Source of the DNA: Vulcanimicrobiales bacterium
Lineage (GTDB): Bacteria; Vulcanimicrobiota; Vulcanimicrobiia; Vulcanimicrobiales; Vulcanimicrobiaceae
NCBI GenBank assembly: GCA_038231455.1
Contig: JBBRLI010000015.1
Location: 12,148 to 76,147 of the forward strand
Length of the DNA: 64,000 nucleotides
Direction of reading: 5' to 3'
The notes beneath the pieces were generated by a model, which did no database searches, had not been told where the DNA came from, and saw nothing but the letters and a program-made list of their open reading frames with translations. The first letter of the stretch is position 1, and every line of letters starts with the position of its first letter. The position numbers and the translations under genes are program-made. Below are positions 17,762 through 27,020 of this stretch, one piece after another.

Positions 17762-19033
17762 ATGCGTTCTGCGGCTCTGCGGTCGCTCGGATCGCTCGCG
17801 CTCGTCGCGATGCTCTCCGCCTGCGGCACCTCGACTTCGACCACGACCACGTCGTCGAGCGGCACCACATCCGCCAGTTCCGCACCCGCGGCCGGCGCCA
17901 CGACCGTTGCCATCGGTATCGACATGCCGCTCTCGGGCGATGACGCCTCGATTGGCGTGCCAACGAAGAACGGCGTGCTGCTTGCAATCGATGAGGCCAA
18001 TAAGGCCAAAGCTCTCCCCGATGGCTTCACCCTGGTCGATAAGACGCTCGACGACGCGGTTCAAGGAACGCACGATCCGGCCGCCGGCGCGCAAAATGTG
18101 AAGACGTTCATCAGCGATTCGAGCGTGCTCGCGATGGTCGGACCGTTCAACTCGAACGTCGCCCAGTCGGAGATCCCGCTCACCAACGACGCGGGCCTCG
18201 TGCAGATCAGCGCTTCGAACACGAATGACGGCCTGACGACCGGTGATAACGCGGCCAAGCTGCGCACCTCGCACCCCGATGTGAATACGTACTTCCGCGA
18301 CTGCACCCGCGATAGCCGCCAGGGCACGGCGCTCGCCGCCTTCGCAAAGAAGCTCGGCTGGAAGAAAATCTATATCGTCGATGACAACGAGACGTACGGC
18401 AAGGGTCTTGCCGACATTTTCGATACGCAATTTAAAGCCGTCGGCGGCGCGGTGCTCGGACACGACCACCTCACAAAAGGCCAGCAAGATTTCAAGGCGC
18501 TTCTCACCAAAGCGCGCTCGTCCGCGCCGGATGCCGTGTTTTATGGCGGCAACACCTCGACCGGCGGCGGCTTGCTGCGCTTGCAGATGGCGGACGTTGG
18601 CATGAAGGCAACGCCGTTCATCGGTGGCGACGGCATCAGTGACCAGCAGTTCATCACGACGGCCGGTGCGATGTCCAACGGCAGCTACTACAGTTTCGCG
18701 GCGCCCGAAGCATCGAAGCTCGCAACGGCGCAAGCGTTCATCACCGCGTACAAAGCGAAGTTTAACGAAGACGTCGGCCCGTACAGCGCCAATTCGTATG
18801 CCGCTGCGAAGATTATCATCGCCGCGATTGCCAAAGGCATCAAAGATAATGGCGGCAAGCTGCCGACGCGTGCCGACGTCTTAAAGAACGTCGCTGCGAC
18901 GAAGAACTTCGATTCCCCGATCGGTAAAATCGGCTTCGATAAGAACGGCGACACGACGGCGCCGATTTTGACGATCAAGAAGATTCAGGACAAAAAAGCC
19001 ATCTTCGTCGATCAGATCATTCTCAAGAGCTAG
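17762..19033 (+). CDS. livK: Branched-chain amino acid ABC substrate-binding lipoprotein (LivK/J-like)
   Basis: Lipobox LSAC, Thr/Ser linker, PLSG, GPFNS, YGKGLA and FDKNGD motifs; GGAGG SD. Confidence 0.9.
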   Translation: MRSAALRSLGSLALVAMLSACGTSTSTTTTSSSGTTSASSAPAAGATTVAIGIDMPLSGDDASIGVPTKNGVLLAIDEANKAKALPDGFTLVDKTLDDAVQGTHDPAAGAQNVKTFISDSSVLAMVGPFNSNVAQSEIPLTNDAGLVQISASNTNDGLTTGDNAAKLRTSHPDVNTYFRDCTRDSRQGTALAAFAKKLGWKKIYIVDDNETYGKGLADIFDTQFKAVGGAVLGHDHLTKGQQDFKALLTKARSSAPDAVFYGGNTSTGGGLLRLQMADVGMKATPFIGGDGISDQQFITTAGAMSNGSYYSFAAPEASKLATAQAFITAYKAKFNEDVGPYSANSYAAAKIIIAAIAKGIKDNGGKLPTRADVLKNVAATKNFDSPIGKIGFDKNGDTTAPILTIKKIQDKKAIFVDQIILKS

Positions 19034-19036
19034 ATT

Positions 19037-19951
19037 TTGGACGTCTTCCTCCAACAGATCGTAAACGGGATCTCGCTCGGCGGGATCTACGCGCTCATTG
19101 CGCTTGGCTACACGATGGTCTACGGCATCATCGAGCTGATCAATTTCGCACACGGCGACGTGTACGCGCTGGGAAGCTTCGTTTCGCTCGCGGTGCTCGC
19201 ACTGCTCGGCGTGCAAGATGAAGTGCACGGAGCAGCGCTGATCGGCGTCATCGTCCTTACCCTTGCGGGATCGATGCTCGCGTGCGGCCTTGTCGGCGTT
19301 CTCATCGAACGCTTAGCCTATCGCCGCCTCCGCAATGCGCCGCGTCTCGCGCCGCTGATCACGGCGATCGGTATGTCGTTCATCTTGCAGAACGTGATGC
19401 AGCTCTGGAAAGGGCCCTCGCCGGTTCCGGTGCCGCAGTTCATTCCAAACCCGACCCTTTTCCATTCGGGAGCCGTCGAGATCCAGCTCAAACAAGTGCT
19501 GGTCGTCGTACTCGCTGTGGTCATGATGATCGCGCTACAAGCCTTCGTCACGAGAACGCGTGTGGGGAAAGCGATGCGCGCGACGGCGCAAGATCGCGAT
19601 GCAGCCCAACTCATGGGCATCAACATCAACACGACGATCGCTCTGACGTTCCTCATCGGGAGCGCCCTTGCGGGGACGGCTGGTTTCGTCTCGGGCGTTT
19701 ACTACGGAACCGCCGTATTCAACGCGGGCTTCGCCGCGGGCCTCAAGGCGTTTACCGCAGCCGTGCTCGGCGGAATCGGCAACATCGCGGGCGCGATGCT
19801 CGGCGGTTTTCTCATCGGCTTGATCGAGGCGCTCACTACGCAATTCATCAGCGACCAGTGGGCGAACGTCGTCGTGTTTTCCGTCCTCGTTGCGGTCTTG
19901 ATCTTCCGTCCCTCCGGACTCCTCGGCGAGTCGCTGCCGAATAAAGTTTGA
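19037..19951 (+). CDS. livH: Branched-chain amino acid ABC permease LivH
   Basis: QQIVNGISLGGIYALIALGYTMVYG, INFAHG, KAFTAAVLGGIG; TTG start. Confidence 0.95.
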   Translation: MDVFLQQIVNGISLGGIYALIALGYTMVYGIIELINFAHGDVYALGSFVSLAVLALLGVQDEVHGAALIGVIVLTLAGSMLACGLVGVLIERLAYRRLRNAPRLAPLITAIGMSFILQNVMQLWKGPSPVPVPQFIPNPTLFHSGAVEIQLKQVLVVVLAVVMMIALQAFVTRTRVGKAMRATAQDRDAAQLMGININTTIALTFLIGSALAGTAGFVSGVYYGTAVFNAGFAAGLKAFTAAVLGGIGNIAGAMLGGFLIGLIEALTTQFISDQWANVVVFSVLVAVLIFRPSGLLGESLPNKV

Positions 19952-21024
19952 TGGCTCGCTTGAACCTTCGGGAGTATCTGAAAGGCCCGCGCGGCGGCGC
20001 GCTCGTGATGGCCGCGTGTTTGGTGATTCCGTTCATCGATCGCAACGGGTCGCACATCAACTTTCTCGTCGATGCGGGCGCATTCGTACTGCTCGCTCTC
20101 GGCCTCAATATCGTGATCGGTTTTGCCGGACTGCTCGACCTTGGTTACGCCGCGTTCTTTGCAATCGGCTCGTACGCGTTTGCGATGCTGTCCTCGCCGC
20201 AGTTTGGGATTCACATCCCGATTTGGCTGATGTTCTTCATTGCATCGGGGATCGCGGGAATCTTCGGAATTCTGCTTGGCGCACCGACCTTGCGGTTGCG
20301 CGGTGACTATCTTGCGATCGTGACGCTCGGCTTCGGCGAAATCGTGCCGCAAACGTTTCTCAATCTTTCGCAATACACCAACGGCCCGAACGGTATCAGT
20401 TCGCTCGATCAGCCGGTGTTCTTCGGTTTTCGGTTCGGCTTCAATCCGGTGCCGTACTACTATCTTATGCTCGTGTTGATCGTGCTCGCGATTTTAGTCG
20501 CGCGCAACCTGCGCGATAGCCGTCTCGGTCGCGCGTGGATGGCGATCCGCGAAGACGAACTCGCCGCCGCCCACATGGGCATCAACACGACCGCCGCCAA
20601 ACTTTCCGCCTTTGCGCTCGGCGCTTCGTTCAGCGGACTTGCGGGCGTGGCATACGCCTCGAAGCTGGGCCTCGTGTCGCCGGATCAGTTCAAGTTCAAC
20701 GTCAGCGTGTTCATCTTATCGATGCTCGTGCTCGGCGGTATGGGCAATATCACCGGCGTCGTTGTTGGGAGCCTTGTCCTCAGTTCGCTCGACCGCTTCA
20801 TCTTGCCGCAACTGACGTCGTTCTTCCACGACGTTTTGCACCTCAACATCGACTTTACGAACTCGCGCTTTCTCATTTACGGCGTGATCATCGTGCTCGT
20901 GATGCTGTTCCGACCCGAAGGCCTGATCCCAAGCCGCCAGCGCAAAGCCGAGCTGCACGCGGGTGATTCGGACGCCTCTGCGGCGGCAGCCGAGCAGCAG
21001 CTCTACAATAAGGCGGGCGTCTAG
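19951..21024 (+). CDS. livM: Branched-chain amino acid ABC permease LivM
   Basis: GLLDLGY, LRLRGDYLAIVTLGFGEI, REDELAA. Confidence 0.95.
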   Translation: MARLNLREYLKGPRGGALVMAACLVIPFIDRNGSHINFLVDAGAFVLLALGLNIVIGFAGLLDLGYAAFFAIGSYAFAMLSSPQFGIHIPIWLMFFIASGIAGIFGILLGAPTLRLRGDYLAIVTLGFGEIVPQTFLNLSQYTNGPNGISSLDQPVFFGFRFGFNPVPYYYLMLVLIVLAILVARNLRDSRLGRAWMAIREDELAAAHMGINTTAAKLSAFALGASFSGLAGVAYASKLGLVSPDQFKFNVSVFILSMLVLGGMGNITGVVVGSLVLSSLDRFILPQLTSFFHDVLHLNIDFTNSRFLIYGVIIVLVMLFRPEGLIPSRQRKAELHAGDSDASAAAAEQQLYNKAGV

Positions 21025-21788
21025 TGGCATTTTTAGAGATGCGCGGCGTAACACAACGCTTTGGCGGACTCGTCGCCGTGAACAACCTCTCGTTTTCCGT
21101 TGAAAAAGGCGCGATCGTCGCGATGATCGGGCCGAATGGCGCTGGCAAGTCGACGGTGTTCAATCTCACGACCGGCATCTACAAACCGACCGAAGGTCAG
21201 ATATTTTTCGACGGTAAGCCGATTAATGGACTGGCAACGGACGCGATCACCAAACGCGGGATTGCACGCACCTTCCAGAATATTCGCCTCTTCGCGTTTA
21301 TGTCGTCGATCGATAACGTAATGACGGGCGAGCACACGCGCATGAAAGCCTCGATGCTTGACTCGCTTTTGCACACACCGCGTCAGCGCAAAGAAGAGAA
21401 GCGGGTCAAAGAGCGCGCCATGGAACTCTTACGGTTCTGTAACCTCGAACGCGAAGCAGAAAATTACGCGCGTAACCTTTCGTACGGTTCCCAGCGCCGC
21501 CTCGAAATCGCTCGTGCGCTTGCAAGCGACCCGCAACTGCTCTTACTCGATGAACCGGCTGCCGGCATGAACCCGAAAGAAAAAGAAGATCTGATCGTGC
21601 TCATCCGCGCGATCCGCGACTCGGGCATCACGGTTTTCTTGATCGAACACGATATGCATCTCGTCATGCAGATCAGCGAGCGCATCACGGTACTCGACCA
21701 CGGCGAAAAGATCGCCGAAGGTCTGCCAGCGGACGTTCGCAATAATCCGCAAGTTATCGAAGCGTATCTTGGAGCCCCGACCGCATAA
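21024..21788 (+). CDS. livG: Branched-chain amino acid ABC ATPase LivG
   Basis: GPNGAGKS, RTFQNIRLF, LSYG, LLDEPAAGMN, IEHDM. Confidence 0.95.
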   Translation: MAFLEMRGVTQRFGGLVAVNNLSFSVEKGAIVAMIGPNGAGKSTVFNLTTGIYKPTEGQIFFDGKPINGLATDAITKRGIARTFQNIRLFAFMSSIDNVMTGEHTRMKASMLDSLLHTPRQRKEEKRVKERAMELLRFCNLEREAENYARNLSYGSQRRLEIARALASDPQLLLLDEPAAGMNPKEKEDLIVLIRAIRDSGITVFLIEHDMHLVMQISERITVLDHGEKIAEGLPADVRNNPQVIEAYLGAPTA

Positions 21789-22504
21789 TGGCTTTCCTCG
21801 AAGTCGAGAACATCGACGCGCGCTACGGCCGCATCAACGCGCTCACCGGCGTGAGCCTCCACGTCGATGAGGGCGAGATCGTCACGCTCATCGGCGCGAA
21901 CGGCGCCGGAAAGACGACCACCCTGCGTTCGATCAGCGGCCTTGTGAAGATTGCCGGCGGTGCGATTCGTTTTCAAGGCAAAGACCTTGCAAAGAACACG
22001 CCCGACCAGATCGTTCGGCTCGGCGTCGGTCACTCACCCGAAGGTCGGCGGGTGTTTCCGCGTATGACCGTGCGTGAGAACCTCGAGCTTGGCGCATACA
22101 CGCGCACGTCGAAAAAAGAAATCGCTGAGGACATCGAGCAAGTCCTCACGACGTTCCCGCGCCTCAAAGAACGGTACGAGCAAAAGGCCGGTACCATGTC
22201 GGGTGGCGAGCAGCAGATGCTCGCGATGGGGCGCGCACTGATGTCGCGCCCGAGAGTACTTTTGCTCGATGAGCCCTCACTCGGGCTCTCGCCGCTGCTC
22301 GTGCAGACGATCTTCGGCGTCATCAAAGACATTAACAAGCGCGGGACGACCGTTTTGCTGATCGAGCAAAACGCGCGCCAAGCACTCGCGATCGCATCGC
22401 GCGGCTACGTGCTCGAAGTGGGCAAAATCGCTTTCGAGGGGCCAAGTGCCGAATTGATGTCCAGCGAAGCTGTGCAGGCCGCCTACCTCGGCGGAGCCGC
22501 GTAG
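21788..22504 (+). CDS. livF: Branched-chain amino acid ABC ATPase LivF
   Basis: GANGAGKT, PEGRRVF, MSGGEQQ, LLDEPSLGL. Confidence 0.95.
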   Translation: MAFLEVENIDARYGRINALTGVSLHVDEGEIVTLIGANGAGKTTTLRSISGLVKIAGGAIRFQGKDLAKNTPDQIVRLGVGHSPEGRRVFPRMTVRENLELGAYTRTSKKEIAEDIEQVLTTFPRLKERYEQKAGTMSGGEQQMLAMGRALMSRPRVLLLDEPSLGLSPLLVQTIFGVIKDINKRGTTVLLIEQNARQALAIASRGYVLEVGKIAFEGPSAELMSSEAVQAAYLGGAA

Positions 22505-22515
22505 CTAGCAAGACG

Positions 22516-23046
22516 ATGTCGCTTGCATGTTGCCCGCGCGAAACCGATCGCGGCGCATGCTTTAGCGAGAACCGAAAGTATCGCTACGGACTTTGGCGGC
22601 GCTGGAAGACGAGCGGCCCGTGGGTCACGTTTCTGATGCTCAATCCGAGTCTTGCGGATGTCGATCACTCCGATCCGACGGTGAAGCGCTGCGAGATGTT
22701 CTCGCAGACATGGGGATTTGCGGGTATCGAAGTCGTCAACGTGTTCGGCTTAATCAGCCCCTATCCAGAAGATCTGCACGGCCGTCGGAATCCGATCGAA
22801 CACGCCGAAGGTGCCAACGACGAGCACATTCGTCACGCCGCCGAGCGTTCGGCATTCGTCGTCGCAGCATGGGGTACGAACGTCGAACACCCAAAACTGC
22901 GTAAGCGAATGCAGCGGATCGTTGTGCTCCTCGCGGACTTCGACGTGAGAGCCTTACGGGTTACGAAAAACGGCCATCCAAGTCATCCGCTCTACTTACC
23001 CTCCACGCTCATCGCACAGCGATACCCGATCGAAATCAAAATGTAA
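22516..23046 (+). CDS. DUF1643-domain protein
   Basis: YRY.L.R.W, MLNPS.AD...DPT, VAAWG and TKNGHPSHPLY motifs. Confidence 0.85.
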   Translation: MSLACCPRETDRGACFSENRKYRYGLWRRWKTSGPWVTFLMLNPSLADVDHSDPTVKRCEMFSQTWGFAGIEVVNVFGLISPYPEDLHGRRNPIEHAEGANDEHIRHAAERSAFVVAAWGTNVEHPKLRKRMQRIVVLLADFDVRALRVTKNGHPSHPLYLPSTLIAQRYPIEIKM

Positions 23047-23115
23047 TCAGTTACGATGGAGACCGGCTCCGCGCGTTTGGAGGTGGACGTGCCGCAAGAG
23101 GGTAACCGCGCTGGC

Positions 23116-23739
23116 ATGCTGCGTACACGTTTTATTGGCGGAATACTGGGTGTTCTTGCCATCCCCGCACGCGTTTCCGCCGCCGGCGACGACGGACTTG
23201 GTCAACGTATCCAGGCGATCATCGATGATTACGCTCGTCGCGCGTACGCCGCCGGTTTGCCGATTACTATTGAGAAGCCGACACTCGTGCTGCAAGCAAC
23301 CCCGCAGATTGCGTCTTACCAAGGCAAGACGAACACGGTCGTTTTGGCCGATTACGCTGGCTTGCCACCTGAAATAAAGATGGTTTTTGCGCAATGGGCG
23401 GCCGCTGCGCGCAACGGCTGGGATGGCGAACGGCTCGTCGATGAAGCGTTCCATTGGTTTTTTGTTGCGCACGAGTTGACACATTGGGTGCAGATTAAGA
23501 CGCCGGTCCAGGTGCCGGGAGACATCTACGAGTTCGAATTTCAAGCAAACCGGAGTGCCGTCGGCTATTGGCGTAGCACTCCGGGCGGGAGTGCGCGGCT
23601 CGATGCACTCGTGAAAGCGTTCGTCGCGATTCGAGCGACCCTGCCAAATCCGGTTCCTGAAGGCGACACGGCGCAGCACTATTTTAACGAGAACTACCGC
23701 TCGCTGGGCGTGCAGCCCGCAGCTTACGGTTGGTATTAG
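23116..23739 (+). CDS. Exported protein with HExxH (HELTH) zinc-metallopeptidase-like motif; possible premature TAG (frame continues to TGA 23823)
   Basis: Signal-like N-terminus; AHELTHW...EFQAN; 27 further in-frame codons after the TAG. Confidence 0.65.
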   Translation: MLRTRFIGGILGVLAIPARVSAAGDDGLGQRIQAIIDDYARRAYAAGLPITIEKPTLVLQATPQIASYQGKTNTVVLADYAGLPPEIKMVFAQWAAAARNGWDGERLVDEAFHWFFVAHELTHWVQIKTPVQVPGDIYEFEFQANRSAVGYWRSTPGGSARLDALVKAFVAIRATLPNPVPEGDTAQHYFNENYRSLGVQPAAYGWY

Positions 23740-23836
23740 CTGGGCATGGTGATCGAAGCAGCAAAATCCGCAGCAACGTTTGAAGACGTCCTGCGGAAAG
23801 TGGTACCGGCGCCTACGCGCTGAGAGAGACTGCGCG

Positions 23837-25012
23837 TTACGCGCGCGTTGCGGATCGATTCCAAGCAAGATGCGCTGAGCCGTAGACCGGCGTTCCGCCA
23901 ATGATCGTCGCGAGTACCTGGTAATCGTCGCTCCAAACCGAGATGTCAGCACGTTTCCCCGGTGCGATCGTGCCGAGGTCGCGGTCGAGGCCGAGTAGGA
24001 CTGCCGGTGAGTTCGATGCGTTGACGACCGCACGTTCGAATGGGATCGAGGCGTACGACATGAGGTTGCGCACGGCTTGATCGATGTGGAGTGCGCTGCC
24101 GGCGATCGTCCCGTCTTCACTGCGTACGACACCGCCTTCGATGCGATAGCCGCTGCCTGCGGGCGGCATATTGTCCGTTGTCAGCACGAGGCGATCGCCG
24201 AGCGTTCGATAGAGTAAGTCGACCATCGGCGGTGAGACGTGGTAGCCGTCGCAAATCAGCTGCGTGGTCGTACGCGCTTCTTGCATGAACGCGAGGAGAA
24301 TCGAGGGGTCGCGGTGATCGAGCGGCGGCATTGCGTTGAACGCGTGCGTGAGCGTGCGAAAACCCAGGCCAATGGCAAGCATCCCTTCGCGGTAGTGCGC
24401 GGCGGTGTGACCGGCCGAGTTCACGATGCCCTGATCGAAAAACATGCGCGCGATTTCTTCGACGCCCGGTGCTTCGGGCGCCATCGTCACCATAACGAGT
24501 GCGCCAGCGCAGGCTTCGATCATCTCTTGCGCTTTGTCCATCGTCGCGGGGACGATCCACTCGCCGCGATGCACGCGTTTGAATTTCGGATTGAGGAAGG
24601 GGCCTTCAAAATGAATACCGAGGCACCGCGAGCCGATGCGATCGCCCGACTCTTCGAGCCGATGTGCGGCTTCCGCGACTTCGCTTGCCGCGTGCATCAT
24701 TGATTCCCACGGTGCGGTCATGATGCCGGCAACAAATCCGGCAGCACCCATGCGCGCATACGCACGTGAGGCGACTTCAACCGCGTTGCCTTGATCGCGA
24801 TTGAAGAGATATTCATCCGCGCCGTTCGTGTGAACGTCGATCAGTCCCGGGGCGATGATCGCGCCATCGGGGAGTGTGACGTCGCTCGGACCCTCCTCCG
24901 GGAGAATCGATGCGATTTTTCCGCGGTCGATAGCCAGTCGCCCATAAGCGATGGTACCATCGCCGAATGCGATGCGCGCGGGACCGAGGATAAAGGTGTC
25001 AGACACGTGCAT
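23837..25012 (-). CDS. nagA: N-acetylglucosamine-6-phosphate deacetylase
   Basis: PGLIDVHTNG, HFEGPFL, TMAPE, AGHT, THAFNAM, DGYH, IAGS. Confidence 0.92.
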   Translation of the reverse strand: MHVSDTFILGPARIAFGDGTIAYGRLAIDRGKIASILPEEGPSDVTLPDGAIIAPGLIDVHTNGADEYLFNRDQGNAVEVASRAYARMGAAGFVAGIMTAPWESMMHAASEVAEAAHRLEESGDRIGSRCLGIHFEGPFLNPKFKRVHRGEWIVPATMDKAQEMIEACAGALVMVTMAPEAPGVEEIARMFFDQGIVNSAGHTAAHYREGMLAIGLGFRTLTHAFNAMPPLDHRDPSILLAFMQEARTTTQLICDGYHVSPPMVDLLYRTLGDRLVLTTDNMPPAGSGYRIEGGVVRSEDGTIAGSALHIDQAVRNLMSYASIPFERAVVNASNSPAVLLGLDRDLGTIAPGKRADISVWSDDYQVLATIIGGTPVYGSAHLAWNRSATRA

Positions 25013-27020
25013 CAGATTTCGCGGGATCGCTCACGGCAACCTCGACCAAGTTCGTATGAAATGTCGCACCTCCACCAAAATCACTTAACCGACTGGACGT
25101 TGTTGCGTTGGCGTTTGAACCGCCCGGCGAGAATTGTTTCCACCACACGGAAAGATGAATCACCGTCCCTCGTGGAGCGGCATCGGTGATCTCCGCTTTA
25201 ACCTGAAAACGTCCCCGGTCGTTGTACACATCAACGGCGTCCCCAGCACGAATTCCTCGCTCAGCAGCATCGAGCGGGTGGATTCGCACGCTTGGGTCGG
25301 CGCGGTCGAGTAAGCGCGGATTGCTACCGAAATTCGAGTTGAGAAACACGTGGTGCGAAGGGCTCAGCAGCGTGAGCGGATAGCGTGCGTGCAGCTCGGG
25401 AGAGCCTGCGCGCGATTCCGCGAGCGGCGTATGTTGGGGCACCGGGTCGACGCCCATCCGCGCGAGCGTGTCGGCGCGCAGTGCGATCGGTCGCGTGCGC
25501 GTTTTGCGCGGTACAGCAACGCTGCCTTTGGCTTCCAATTCCGCCATAAGTTGCGGTCCAAAGGCTGTCCGTGCGAGCGTCGCGACATCATCATCGAAGC
25601 ACGGGTCATCGAATCCCATCCGTTTTGCGAGCCCGGAAAAGAGCGCAACGTTCGAGCGCGATTCGCCTTTTGGCGCAACCGCTGCGTGCGCGTGCTGGAC
25701 GCTCGTGTGCCAGTACGATGTGTAGACGTCTTCGGTCTCCAGAAACGTCGGCGCGGGGAGTACGATGTCGGCGTACTGCGCGGTGTCGGTAAAATAAATA
25801 TCATGGACCACCGTGAAGAGATCGCTGCGCTCGAGACCGCGTGCGACGGCATTTCCATCGGGCGTGACCGTCGCGGGATTCGCATTGTACACGAAGAGCG
25901 CTTCGATTTTGGGTTCATCGAGTTCGAGCAAGGCCGAACCAAGTTCGATCATGTTCACGACACGCGTCGGACGCGGTGCAAGATCGGGACGCTCGAGGCG
26001 ATACGCATCGTGCTTCGTCCAGCCGGAGTTGGAGAGCAGAAATCCACCAGCCGGATCGCGCCACGCGCCGGTGACTGCGGGGAGGCAAGCAATCGCGCGA
26101 ACCATCGCACCGCCATTGCTGTGCCGCTGCATCCCGTAGCCGGCCCGGATGAAGCTGGGCCGTGTTTGTGCGTACTCACGCGCGAACGCGACGATGACAT
26201 CGGCATCGAGCCCGGTTACCGCCGAAGCGCGCTCGGGCGGCCACTCGCTCGCGCGCGATTCCAATTCTTCCGCTCCGATCGTCTCGTGCTTGAGGAAGTC
26301 GCGATCCGCTAATCCCTCGGCGAAGATGACGTGCATCATTCCAAGCGCGAGTGCCGCGTCCGTTCCCGGTTCGATCTGAAGGTGCCAGTCGGCAGATTCC
26401 GCAGTGCGATTGCGATGCGGATCGACGACGATAAAGCGCGCGCCGCGCTTGCGCGCTTCTTGTACGAGCGCGAATTGGTGAATGTTGGTCGAGCGCAGGT
26501 TCGCGCCCCAGGCAACGATCAATCGCGCGTTCACGCTCTCGGCGGGATCGGTCCCCACATCGTTCCCGAAGGTGTGCACGAGGGCCGTCGTTGCGGCAGC
26601 AGCACAGATCGTCCGACCCAGGCGCGTAGAGCCCAAGCGATGGAAGAAGCGGCGGTCCATCGAGCCGCTCTGCACGATGCCGAGCGTCCCGGAGAACGAG
26701 TACGGCAAGATCGCCTCACCGCCGCTCGTTGCGAGAATCTGGTGGTAACGCTGCGCGATCTCGTCGAGCGCTTCATCCCAGCCGATGCGTTCGAACCGCC
26801 CGCTGCCTTTGGGGCCGACCCGCCGTTGCGGGTAGAGCACGCGGTTCGCGCTTACGATATGTTCGGGATAGCGCCGGACTTTCTCGCAGATAAAGCCCCG
26901 CGTTACCGGATGATCCGGATCGCCGTCGACGCGTACGACCGTCTCATCGTCGTCCACATCCACGACGAGCGCACAGGTGTCCGGGCAGTTGTGCGGGCAG
27001 ACCGAACGAACGCGTCTCAC
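24999..27020 (-). CDS. Cytoplasmic molybdopterin oxidoreductase (DMSO reductase superfamily) with N-terminal 4Fe-4S
   Basis: CPHNCPDTC...C motif, TAQYADIVLPA, C-terminal IHPLDAAERGI; no Tat signal. Confidence 0.9.
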   Translation of the reverse strand: MRRVRSVCPHNCPDTCALVVDVDDDETVVRVDGDPDHPVTRGFICEKVRRYPEHIVSANRVLYPQRRVGPKGSGRFERIGWDEALDEIAQRYHQILATSGGEAILPYSFSGTLGIVQSGSMDRRFFHRLGSTRLGRTICAAAATTALVHTFGNDVGTDPAESVNARLIVAWGANLRSTNIHQFALVQEARKRGARFIVVDPHRNRTAESADWHLQIEPGTDAALALGMMHVIFAEGLADRDFLKHETIGAEELESRASEWPPERASAVTGLDADVIVAFAREYAQTRPSFIRAGYGMQRHSNGGAMVRAIACLPAVTGAWRDPAGGFLLSNSGWTKHDAYRLERPDLAPRPTRVVNMIELGSALLELDEPKIEALFVYNANPATVTPDGNAVARGLERSDLFTVVHDIYFTDTAQYADIVLPAPTFLETEDVYTSYWHTSVQHAHAAVAPKGESRSNVALFSGLAKRMGFDDPCFDDDVATLARTAFGPQLMAELEAKGSVAVPRKTRTRPIALRADTLARMGVDPVPQHTPLAESRAGSPELHARYPLTLLSPSHHVFLNSNFGSNPRLLDRADPSVRIHPLDAAERGIRAGDAVDVYNDRGRFQVKAEITDAAPRGTVIHLSVWWKQFSPGGSNANATTSSRLSDFGGGATFHTNLVEVAVSDPAKSDARV

